Below are positions 39,105-47,390 of a stretch of 47,390 nt of DNA, one piece after another. The stretch is taken from assembly GCA_051277905.1 (NCBI GenBank), contig JBNMQI010000003.1, positions 1 through 47,390 of the forward strand, read 5' to 3'. Origin of the DNA: Gammaproteobacteria bacterium (GTDB lineage Bacteria; Pseudomonadota; Gammaproteobacteria; GCA-001735895). How positions within the stretch are numbered: the stretch's first letter is position 1; each line of letters begins with the position of its first letter. A program made the position numbers and the translations under genes. The notes under the pieces are model-generated. The model saw nothing but the letters and a program-made list of their open reading frames with translations. It was not told the DNA's origin and searched no databases.

Positions 39105-40511
39105 TTAACTCAGTCCCATTAATTCGGGTAACCATAAAACAATGCCTGGCATGGCTACCAGTGCGGCGATGGTTATCGCATCGGCGATGAAAAACGGCAT
39201 GACGCCTCGGAAAACATCCTGGACACTACATTCGGGTCTTACCCCTGCAACGACAAAACAGTTGAGGCCAATGGGGGGTGTGATTAGACAAAACTCGGCC
39301 ATTTTAACGACGATAATACCAAACCAGATCGAACAACCGACACTGGATACACCAAATGCGGAGTCGGCTGCCGTTACTGCATCACCACCATTAAGTGCGA
39401 TGACGGCGGGATAAACCACTGGCAATGTAAGTAGCAACATGCCGATGGCATCCATAAACATACCGAGTACGGCATAGGCTAGTAGTATGAATACTAGGGT
39501 CATCATCGGGCTTTGGTCGAGGTTGGTAATCCAGTCAGAAAAAGCAGAGGGTAGATCGGCAAAGCCAAGGAAGCGAACATAGAGCAGTACGCCCCAGATA
39601 ATGGTAAATATCATCACGGTTAATTTCGCCGTTTCCATTAACGCGCCTTTCAATTCATTCCAGCGCATGCCTTTTTTCAATGCTATGCATAATATGACAA
39701 AGGCTCCGAGTGAGCCGGCTTCGGTGGGTGTGCCAACACCACCATAAATACAAACGACGATGATGCCGATAACAAAGAAAATAGGAAAAGCAGCAGGTAG
39801 AGACTCAAAGCGTTGAACCCAGCTATAACCGGTGACAGGTGGTCCGAAATTTTTTCTGGTTTTAGCCATTAAAATTATCATGGCAGCATAGACCAGGGCA
39901 GAGAATGCACCTGGTAAGAAACCGGCCATGAGTAGCGCGCCAACATCCTGCTCGACGATAATGGCGTAAATAACCAGAATCGCAGAAGGCGGAATGAGTG
40001 AGGCCAGGGTGCCGCTTGCTGCTACTACACCTGCGGCAAATCGTTTGTCGTATCCAAGCTTTAACATTTCGGGAATGGCGATACGGGCAAACACCGCTGA
40101 TGTCGCGACCGATGCACCGGATACGGCAGCAAAGCCTGCTGCTGATAATACGGTGGCAACACCCATGCCGCCCGGTAACCAGCCAACCCACCGCTTGGCT
40201 GCTTCAAACAGGGCTCGAGTCAGTCCGGCGTGATAAGCCAGAAAGCCAATCAATATAAAAGTTGGGATTAATGAGAGGGATAGGGTCGATACCTTTGAAT
40301 GGGGAATTGTGCCAGCCATTTTTATTGCGACTAATACGCCTCTATCGAATCCCATTTTCGCTGAGAAAATCCACACTAGACCGATGAAGCCAGCCATCGC
40401 TGCGGCAAAGGCAACTCGGACACCAATAAGGACCAGCACCAGCATTATTCCAGTGACCCATAGACCAATTGAAATTGAGTCCATTTGCCCCAGTGTTTCG
40501 AAAAAGCTCAC
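39105..40511 (-). CDS. dctM: TRAP transporter large permease
   Basis: IPTFILIG, SGASVAT, GTLASLIPPS, GTPTEAG and LITPPIGLNCFVV motifs. Confidence 0.93.
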   Translation of the reverse strand: MSFFETLGQMDSISIGLWVTGIMLVLVLIGVRVAFAAAMAGFIGLVWIFSAKMGFDRGVLVAIKMAGTIPHSKVSTLSLSLIPTFILIGFLAYHAGLTRALFEAAKRWVGWLPGGMGVATVLSAAGFAAVSGASVATSAVFARIAIPEMLKLGYDKRFAAGVVAASGTLASLIPPSAILVIYAIIVEQDVGALLMAGFLPGAFSALVYAAMIILMAKTRKNFGPPVTGYSWVQRFESLPAAFPIFFVIGIIVVCIYGGVGTPTEAGSLGAFVILCIALKKGMRWNELKGALMETAKLTVMIFTIIWGVLLYVRFLGFADLPSAFSDWITNLDQSPMMTLVFILLAYAVLGMFMDAIGMLLLTLPVVYPAVIALNGGDAVTAADSAFGVSSVGCSIWFGIIVVKMAEFCLITPPIGLNCFVVAGVRPECSVQDVFRGVMPFFIADAITIAALVAMPGIVLWLPELMGLS

Positions 40512-41137
40512 TTTTCTTCTCCTGTTTGGCCATTTCCCATGAGAGATTCAGCTTCTGCAGCGGCTGTGGCTGCAGCATCTTCTATTAATGGCACGGCTAC
40601 TGGGTTATCGCCACCTTCTTTCACAGCGCGACAATAGGCCCATATTTGTAAAATCAAGCGTAGTGCCAGAATGCTGAGTGCAACAGGGACGACGAGTTTA
40701 GATGGCCAGATTGGCAGATTGATATCCATCGAAGAATCGCCAATTTGATAAGCCCGAAGAAAATGTAGAAAAGAGCCATAAATGAGCACCAGAGTGACGC
40801 TCAACATTAAAATGACGGATATCAATTCGGTCACCCATAACGGCCGACCCTGAATTTTTCCTACCAGCATATCCATTCGAATATGGCCACCTTGACGTTG
40901 TGTGAAGGCAATACCCAGAAAAGCAAAAAAAGCCATAGACTGTTCAACCCAATCGATATAGCCAGAGACGGGGGTCGAAAAAATCCAGCGCCCAAGTACA
41001 TTTGCTGTGGCAAGGAATACGAGTAAAAAAATCACGATGCCCCCCGCCAAAGTCAGCACAGTTTCGAACTTGAGGAATAATCTGTCGATTTTACTCAGAT
41101 AGCTATCGTCCTCTAGCACTCTATTGGAACTCGACAT
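40508..41137 (-). CDS. dctQ: TRAP transporter small permease
   Basis: Four TM helices; NVLGR, GHIRMD and PIWPSK motifs. Confidence 0.92.
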   Translation of the reverse strand: MSSSNRVLEDDSYLSKIDRLFLKFETVLTLAGGIVIFLLVFLATANVLGRWIFSTPVSGYIDWVEQSMAFFAFLGIAFTQRQGGHIRMDMLVGKIQGRPLWVTELISVILMLSVTLVLIYGSFLHFLRAYQIGDSSMDINLPIWPSKLVVPVALSILALRLILQIWAYCRAVKEGGDNPVAVPLIEDAAATAAAEAESLMGNGQTGEEK

Positions 41138-41210
41138 GAAATAACTCCAGACAGGAAAGCACTACCGCAGGTAATGCCTTTAAATTAATAGCAGTCAGTC
41201 GCTAATAGGT

Positions 41211-41290
41211 TGTCATTGTGGCGAATGCCGCAATCCATTGTAATATTACTATTGGCTTTTAAATGGATACCGGCCGACGCCAGCATGACG
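41211..41290. repeat. Degenerate inverted pair of CGTC/GTCAT-type REP-like palindromes
   Basis: TGTCATTGTGGCGAATGCCGCAATCCAT, an AT-rich spacer, then ATGGATACCGGCCGACGCCAGCATGACG. Each half has an internal hairpin, and the halves are mutually inverted (GTCAT/ATGAC, ATCCAT/ATGGAT). Confidence 0.6.
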
Positions 41291-41304
41291 CAATTAGTTA
41301 ATTT

Positions 41305-41346
41305 AACTGTTGCTACCGCAGAAAAAACCCTGTGGTAGCAACAGTT
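41305..41346 (-). terminator. Long stem-loop after the second dctP
   Basis: AACTGTTGCTACCGCAG / CTGTGGTAGCAACAGTT pair at 16 of 17 positions with an 8-nt loop. Confidence 0.75.
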
Positions 41347-41369
41347 TTAAAGTTTTTTATTCTACTGCT

Positions 41370-42371
41370 TTACTGGTTAAATAAATTTTCAGTGAAGTCA
41401 TAAAGCGCTTTTGAGTCAAATTGATCCGCGTATTTTTTGACCCAAGCGTCACGAACTGATGTTGCCAATTTATCTAACTCAGCTGTTTGAGCCGGTGAAA
41501 AAGTGACACTCACTAAACCAGCGTCCGCAATTGCTTGCTCATACTTCTTGGTTGCGTTGTTGTTGTAGTTGTCGACATAAAATTCAATCGCTTCATCTAC
41601 TGAACCTAGTAATGCCTGACGATTTGAATCACTTAATGCATTCAAGGCATCAGTATTGACCACTACTGGGCAGTTGGCAGAACCAAGATTCAAATTAGTT
41701 GAAGCCCATTTTCCGACTTTGAACGTTTTGGTTGCAACGTGTGCATGCGGTGCAAATGTAGCTGCATCGATAACACCTGAGTCCATTGATTGACGAACTT
41801 CTGAGAAGGGTACACCTGTTTTAACGGCACCTAATTTACCCAAAACACCCATGATACCACCTGGGCCTCGGACTCTCAGACCATTGAACTCCGATAGTTC
41901 GGTCATTGGCTCTGATTTACTGACAATGTTATATTGTGGCATGGGTGTTGGCATTAAGATGGTTGCATTCCAGCGTGCAAGGTCTTTTATTACGATTGGG
42001 TTCTGATAAACCTTGGTATAAATTTCGGCTGAACGAGCGAGCGATACATCTTTTGCAAACGGTAGCTCTGTGACCGTGATGGTTGGGTTTTTATCGCTGT
42101 GATAAAACGAACAAAATTGAGCCATTTCGAAAGCACCAAATGAAATACCGTCAAGATTCTCTTTTGATTTAGACAGTCCACCATAAGAAATGTTGAGCTT
42201 GAATTCACCATTAGTTTTACTACTTACTAGCGCTGCTAGTTTTTCTACATTTTCAGTGAAGGCGCGTTGTTTACCCCAAAGTGAGACATTCCATTCGGTT
42301 GCTGCTTGTACTTGTGTTGCCAGTAGGGTGGCACCGATAGCTGATGTTAAGATTATATTTTTGATTTTCAT
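41370..42371 (-). CDS. dctP: TRAP substrate-binding protein (probable C4-dicarboxylate)
   Basis: Signal peptide, WNVSLWG..RAFTE, GLRVRGPGG and MDSGVID; downstream of dctBD. Confidence 0.9.
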   Translation of the reverse strand: MKIKNIILTSAIGATLLATQVQAATEWNVSLWGKQRAFTENVEKLAALVSSKTNGEFKLNISYGGLSKSKENLDGISFGAFEMAQFCSFYHSDKNPTITVTELPFAKDVSLARSAEIYTKVYQNPIVIKDLARWNATILMPTPMPQYNIVSKSEPMTELSEFNGLRVRGPGGIMGVLGKLGAVKTGVPFSEVRQSMDSGVIDAATFAPHAHVATKTFKVGKWASTNLNLGSANCPVVVNTDALNALSDSNRQALLGSVDEAIEFYVDNYNNNATKKYEQAIADAGLVSVTFSPAQTAELDKLATSVRDAWVKKYADQFDSKALYDFTENLFNQ

Positions 42372-42448
42372 AAATACTCCAGTGGTTAATCTATAGTAGG
42401 GATTCTAAAATCTATTGCTGTAATCGCTTAATACAATATCATTACTAA

Positions 42449-42464
42449 TACAACTAACGTGCCA
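42449..42464 (-). promoter_or_regulatory. Sigma54 (-24/-12) promoter of dctPQM with a variant -12 element
   Basis: Minus strand TGGCACGTTAGTTGTA has a perfect -24 element and correct spacing, with GT in place of GC at -12. It lies about 78 bp upstream of dctP, next to a sigma54 activator gene. Confidence 0.65.
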
Positions 42465-42624
42465 GATTGTTGAAAGTGATGTTTGATAGTAGGTTAAAGG
42501 AATGCTCGAACGACTAGGCTGAAGCGATGAGACATATCATTCTTATTAATCGGTATTAATAAGACAATTTATTCCTATTATTCGATTGGCCTAGGTTTAT
42601 TAATCAGAATTTCGGTTAGTTAAT

Positions 42625-43995
42625 TTACTTCTTATAGTCAGCAGTGATAATTTGAAACCGAGTTGTCTTTTGGTTGAAGGTACGCCGCTCGAGTTTAAGA
42701 TCTTCAAGAACCGCCGATACTCTGCCGTTATGCTGGCTTAGCTTGCTTCTTATGAGGTTTTCTTCATAGGCGTCTACTTGCTGCTTGAGTGACATTTCGA
42801 CATCTTCGATTAGGCCATTACCTGCCACCAGTGCATGGTCAATATCCTTGCAGCCGTTGATAACAAAGCGCGTTGCGACATTGATTAGCTCTCTAATATT
42901 ACCAGGCCAGTCATAGCCTAATAAGACTTGCTCTGTGGCATGGGATAAAGGGCTGTATGTGACTGTAAAGCTTTCACAGTTTTTGCGAACAAAATATTCA
43001 AATAGAATCAGAATGTCTTCTTTGCGTTGGCGCAAAGGTGGAATATTACATTCTCCGACTTGGAGTCTAAAATATAAATCTTGACGGAAACTAGCATGGT
43101 TTCGTAAGTCTTCTTTGCTTGCGGAGATAATACGAAAATCGGTGTGTATTTCTCTGTTGCTGCCAAGAGGTGTAATGACACCATCCTGTAACACACGCAG
43201 CAACTTTGCTTGAATAGAAGGCTGCAGGCTTTCAATTTCATCGAGAAATAAGCTGCCGCCAGTGGCAAATTCTAGTTTGCCAACGCGGGAACTAGAGGCA
43301 TCGGTAAAGGCCCCTTTTATGTACCCGAATAGCTCAGCCTCTGCCAGATGGTCTGGTATTGCAGCGCAGTTAAGTGTGACGAATGGTCCTTGGCTGCGGT
43401 CACTATAATCATGCAAGCAGCGCGCAACTAACTCTTTACCTGTGCCAGTCTCGCCATAAATTAATACAGGAATATCCATGGGTGCGAACTTAAGCAGATT
43501 CTGTTTGAGCTGCTTAATCATTGAGCAATGGCCGATAATACGGTGATCAATCAACTGGTGTTCTTCTAGTTTTTGTTTTGTGTGTAAAAGCGATAAGCTC
43601 AGAAAACGTTTGTCAACCGCACGTTGAATACTCTTGAGCAGTCGATCGGTATCAACGGGCTTCTCGATAAAGTCATAGACACCATATTTCATCGCTTCAA
43701 CGGCAATAGTGATGTCACCATAACCCGTCATGAGGATGACGGGTATATTGGCATCGAGTGCGTTGACTTGTTTTGAAAACTCTAGTCCATCTCCGCCAGG
43801 CATTCGGAGGTCGGTAATGATGACTACGGGTGATTGTGCGTTCAATGTTGCAAGCGCTGGCTTAGGTGAGTCAAATTCTTGAATATGTTGGTATTGAGTC
43901 GATAGTAGATCGACCATGTTTTCGCGTACGTCTTTATCGTCATCGATGACGATAATAGTGATTGATTGTTGGTTGATGTCTGATAGTTGAGTCAT
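42625..43995 (-). CDS. dctD: Sigma54-dependent response regulator (DctD-like)
   Basis: Receiver domain (IDDD, TDLRMP, EKP), AAA+ domain (GETGTGKE, GAFTDA, FLDEIE, FRQDLYFRL, WPGNIREL) and C-terminal HTH. Confidence 0.88.
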   Translation of the reverse strand: MTQLSDINQQSITIIVIDDDKDVRENMVDLLSTQYQHIQEFDSPKPALATLNAQSPVVIITDLRMPGGDGLEFSKQVNALDANIPVILMTGYGDITIAVEAMKYGVYDFIEKPVDTDRLLKSIQRAVDKRFLSLSLLHTKQKLEEHQLIDHRIIGHCSMIKQLKQNLLKFAPMDIPVLIYGETGTGKELVARCLHDYSDRSQGPFVTLNCAAIPDHLAEAELFGYIKGAFTDASSSRVGKLEFATGGSLFLDEIESLQPSIQAKLLRVLQDGVITPLGSNREIHTDFRIISASKEDLRNHASFRQDLYFRLQVGECNIPPLRQRKEDILILFEYFVRKNCESFTVTYSPLSHATEQVLLGYDWPGNIRELINVATRFVINGCKDIDHALVAGNGLIEDVEMSLKQQVDAYEENLIRSKLSQHNGRVSAVLEDLKLERRTFNQKTTRFQIITADYKK

Positions 43996-44026
43996 GTTTT
44001 ATTGGCCAATCTAATACTTGTTTAAG

Positions 44027-46144
44027 CTAGTCTTTGTCGAGTGGCAGGGTGATTGTGAACCGGGCGCCTTGTGGGCGATTTTCGGCCACAATAGAGCCAT
44101 GATATTCCTGAATTATTTCATAACAAATAGACAATCCAAGACCAAGCCCTTTACCGATGTCTTTAGTGGTGAAGTAAGGGTCAAATAACTGCCCCATGAC
44201 CCGCGAATTAATGCCATCACCCTGATCTTCAATTGTGATGATAGCGTTATTATACGAAGATACCATGGCAATAGTAATAATGGGTTGCTCACACTGTTGC
44301 ATGGCATCGATCGCGTTCTGAATGATATTGGTTAAAACAAGATCAAGTTTAAGTGGATTTATTTTTACCGTTACTAAAGACGGCAGGTTTTCTAAGTTAA
44401 TACTAACCCTTGTTTCTTTGAGTTTGTCCTGATAAAGGTTGATTGATTGTCTTATCAACAATGCCAGATCCTGACGCTGGATATTCTCACCATCTTCGTA
44501 TGAAAAATACTTTAATAGTTTAATTACATTGTTCATTTTTTCACTGAGAGGCGCCAAACGAGAAATGGAACGGACAGCGCCTGTCCAGTCATCTTTCTTA
44601 ACTTTTAACTGGGCGGCTGTGATAGAGCTGTTCATAGCTGAAAGGGGCTGGCTAAGTTCATGTACTACCGTGGCGGCCATCTGTCCCAACGCGGCGGCTT
44701 TACTTTGTTGAACCATTACGGCTTGTGCGTCGCGTAATGCCTGAGTTCTATGTTCAACCTGTTCTTCTAGTGATTCGTTGAGCTTGATAACCGCTTGCTC
44801 CGCTTTCTTTCGTTTTTCAATGTTGATCAATGTTACTAATAGACGGGTATCACTTTCTATATTGGTTTGGCTGATGGCAAACATGACGGGTGTCGACTTT
44901 TGGTTTTGACTCAAAACGTTAGTTTCGTGGAAGGGAGCCATGATATCACTATGCTGCAAAAGATAACTTTCAAACGGGGCAATCATTCGCATATCCAACA
45001 CTGATTGAATCGGAACGGATTGTTGATATTCAGTCAATACATCTAGCTGCAGCAGGTCTCTAGCGACATCGTTCAAAAACAGTATGTCGCCCTGTTGATT
45101 TATGGAGACAACCCCTATCTGAATTTTATCGATAATGGTTTTTAGTTCGCTACTGTGTCTGAGCTCATCATCAGCGGCTTGCATTCGAGAAACAAGTTTC
45201 GACTGTCGCTCTCGATAGTATAAATACCCGAGACATAGTGCACCAAAAAAAATAATAAAGAATATGACGGCATTTTGAGTAAATCGGCTGTTTTTTTCTA
45301 GGTAGTATAAGTTCCAATGGGTGTCTGCTATAGGAAATGAATTAACCAGATAGGCTTCATCATCAATTATCCAGAAAGACAACGACAGATTGACGTAGCG
45401 AGCGAGCTCATAGGTTTTCTGGAATAGGCTAGATATTCTAGTTTTACCAAACTGTTGTTGTTTGAGCATTGAAGTCTGAACTTGCTCAGACAGTTGACCC
45501 ACACTTTTATATCGCCATTGCTCCTTTCCGCTTAAAATCACTACATTGTTTTGCGATGTGATCAATATGTTCTGCCCTGCATCACGCCAGTTGTCCTCCC
45601 ACTCACGTAAGTCCAGCTTCACAACAATGACACCAATAACGTCGCCATTGATTTTCAACACGGGCTCAGAAATGAAGAAGCCGGGTATGCCAGTCGTAGC
45701 GCCGATGGCGTAATAGAATTGTTGGGTCCTTTTTTCAATGGCATCTTTGAAGTAGGGCCTAAACGAATAGTTTTGATGTAGGAAACTACCGCTTTGATCA
45801 AAGTTGCTTGCTGCAAGCACTTTGCCCACTTGATTCATTAGGTAAACTGCACTGGCGCCTGAACGATGAGCCACAAATTGAAGCTGTCGATTTAAATTGT
45901 CCTGATCACTATTCTGATGCTTATTTTGGTTGTTCAGTGCATTTTTAACATTATCATCACTGGCCAACAAGGCGGGCAAATATTCATACTGGCTGATGGA
46001 GGCTTTGAAAGATTGCTGAAAAAAACGAGTGTTTGAGGGTTGCTCAAGATTCCATGAGTTGAGCTGAAAAAAGTAGAAAGCAACACTGACAATCAATGAA
46101 AATAGGCACAAAAATAAGGGTGTCGCTATTAAGTTTGACTTCAT
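44027..46144 (-). CDS. dctB: Sensor histidine kinase (DctB-like)
   Basis: TM, dCache region (AASN, NYSFRPYF, YAIGATTG.PGFF), TM, PAS-like segment, H-box HELSQPL, NAIDA, D.G.G and FDPYFTTK..GKGLGLGL. Confidence 0.88.
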   Translation of the reverse strand: MKSNLIATPLFLCLFSLIVSVAFYFFQLNSWNLEQPSNTRFFQQSFKASISQYEYLPALLASDDNVKNALNNQNKHQNSDQDNLNRQLQFVAHRSGASAVYLMNQVGKVLAASNFDQSGSFLHQNYSFRPYFKDAIEKRTQQFYYAIGATTGIPGFFISEPVLKINGDVIGVIVVKLDLREWEDNWRDAGQNILITSQNNVVILSGKEQWRYKSVGQLSEQVQTSMLKQQQFGKTRISSLFQKTYELARYVNLSLSFWIIDDEAYLVNSFPIADTHWNLYYLEKNSRFTQNAVIFFIIFFGALCLGYLYYRERQSKLVSRMQAADDELRHSSELKTIIDKIQIGVVSINQQGDILFLNDVARDLLQLDVLTEYQQSVPIQSVLDMRMIAPFESYLLQHSDIMAPFHETNVLSQNQKSTPVMFAISQTNIESDTRLLVTLINIEKRKKAEQAVIKLNESLEEQVEHRTQALRDAQAVMVQQSKAAALGQMAATVVHELSQPLSAMNSSITAAQLKVKKDDWTGAVRSISRLAPLSEKMNNVIKLLKYFSYEDGENIQRQDLALLIRQSINLYQDKLKETRVSINLENLPSLVTVKINPLKLDLVLTNIIQNAIDAMQQCEQPIITIAMVSSYNNAIITIEDQGDGINSRVMGQLFDPYFTTKDIGKGLGLGLSICYEIIQEYHGSIVAENRPQGARFTITLPLDKD

Positions 46145-46193
46145 AAGCTTTTGACGTTGGGCGAAAAGAGTTTATCCAAAATAGCCTTTATCT

Positions 46194-46210
46194 TGCACTA
46201 TTAGAGTGCG
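46194..46210. promoter_or_regulatory. NtrC-type binding site in the divergent dctB / glnK spacer
   Basis: TGCACT-ATTAG-AGTGCG has the same pattern as the site at 24291. Confidence 0.6.
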
Positions 46211-46470
46211 TTTTCCCATAACTGCTGTTTTGTTGCCTACTCATTATACTAACGACAAAATGGCCTGAAAAGCAATTAAAGTTAGTCTGTAGGATTATAT
46301 ATTAGCATTGTATATCAATCGTAATAATGGCAATAACCTATTGATTATAATACATTAAAAATAATTCAGTATCTCATCTAAACGTCTCCTTTGGGTGAAA
46401 AATATTCAGATCTTTATCACCTAATATTGTCTTTTAAATCACAAAGGTCAGGGTTTGGGAGGAATAATAA

Positions 46471-46869
<399 letters not shown>

Positions 46870-46877
46870 GAGCGATC

Positions 46878-47390
46878 ATGGAAAATCAAATATTTCATTT
46901 ACAGTACGCAATAGACACGTTTTATTTCCTCATCTGCGGTGCATTAGTGATGTGGATGGCAGCAGGATTCGCCATGTTAGAAGCAGGGCTTGTACGGTCC
47001 AAAAATACCACTGAAATTCTCACTAAGAACGTTGTGCTGTATGCCGTAGCCTGCACCATGTATATGGTTATCGGCTATGACATTATGTATGACGGTGGAA
47101 TATTCCTTTCTGGCTTGTCAGGCGGCGATACCTTGGTTGCCGATGCACTCGCTGCATCAGTTGAAAATGGATTCGAAGGTGATTCTGTTTATTCAGCACC
47201 ATCCGACTTTTTCTTTCAGGTAGTGTTTGTTGCCACTGCGATGTCGATTGTGTCGGGTGCAGTAGCTGAAAGAATGAAACTTTGGGCATTCATTGCTTTT
47301 GCGGTAGTGATGACCGGTTTTATCTATCCAGTAGAAGGATACTGGACTTGGGGTGGCGGTAGCGTATTTGGCCTGTTTAGTCTGGGTGAT
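46878..47390 (+). CDS. amtB: Ammonium transporter, 3'-truncated by the window edge (absent from the ORF track)
   Basis: Manual translation: MENQIFHLQYAIDTFYFLICGALVMWMAAGFAMLEAGLVRSKN...FFFQVVF..TAMSIVSGAVAERMK...IYPVEGYWTWGGG; open to the end of the window; AGGAG ribosome site. Confidence 0.95.
   Translation, partial: MENQIFHLQYAIDTFYFLICGALVMWMAAGFAMLEAGLVRSKNTTEILTKNVVLYAVACTMYMVIGYDIMYDGGIFLSGLSGGDTLVADALAASVENGFEGDSVYSAPSDFFFQVVFVATAMSIVSGAVAERMKLWAFIAFAVVMTGFIYPVEGYWTWGGGSVFGLFSLGD

Noticed and set aside
46155-46275. CGTTGG...TGGCCTGAAAAGCAA, reminiscent of a glnA glutamine riboswitch upstream of glnK-amt
   Set aside because: The pieces are more than 100 nt apart, and I could not form the closing or internal stems.
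46261-46340. TGGC-containing candidates for a glnK sigma54 promoter
   Set aside because: TGGCCTGAAAAGC has N8 spacing, and TGGCAATAACCTATT has no GC at -12.
47083-47289. 68-aa minus-strand ORF
   Set aside because: Antisense to the amt reading frame.
47325-47360. Amt YPVEGYWTW lacking a His, at first read as a twin-His variant
   Set aside because: The first twin-His residue lies in the downstream DFAG...VH motif, outside the window. The substituted position is a different His, and the conserved Trp before GGG is intact.

Overview
A densely coding chromosomal window, most likely from a marine Gammaproteobacterium (inferred from the pcnB-folK-dNK-panB-panC order and the urt/ure/TRAP/glnK-amt content). 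From left to right: (1) 3' end of a WYL regulator; (2) housekeeping pcnB-folK-deoxynucleoside kinase-panB-panC and uup; (3) a poorly understood block (small Virulence_fact-type protein, His-motif TPR protein, Zn-independent MDR oxidoreductase, AEC transporter, divergent FAD oxidoreductase); (4) a complete urea module, urtABCDE plus ureD-ureAB(fused)-ureC-ureE-ureF-ureG; (5) TSUP, LysE and HAD genes, a GcvA-like LysR facing a gamma-butyrobetaine dioxygenase-like gene, and a DUF4197-like gene broken by one in-frame stop; (6) a ~16 kb dicarboxylate region with a GntR/MatR-controlled TRAP-maleate isomerase-matA-matB-AEC operon and a second TRAP with DctBD; (7) glnK and the 5' part of an ammonium transporter that the ORF track missed. 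Non-coding signals include two matching NtrC-type boxes, a variant sigma54 promoter, hairpins after each solute-binding-protein gene and two kinds of degenerate REP-like elements. I saw no rRNA, tRNA, CRISPR array, transposase or phage gene. Nothing here is demonstrably a new system. The best leads are the maleate isomerase inside the malonate operon, the 7.3-12.9 kb block of unknown enzymes, and a possible NtrC carbon/nitrogen switch between dctB and glnK. All family calls come from motif recognition by eye, not from searches.
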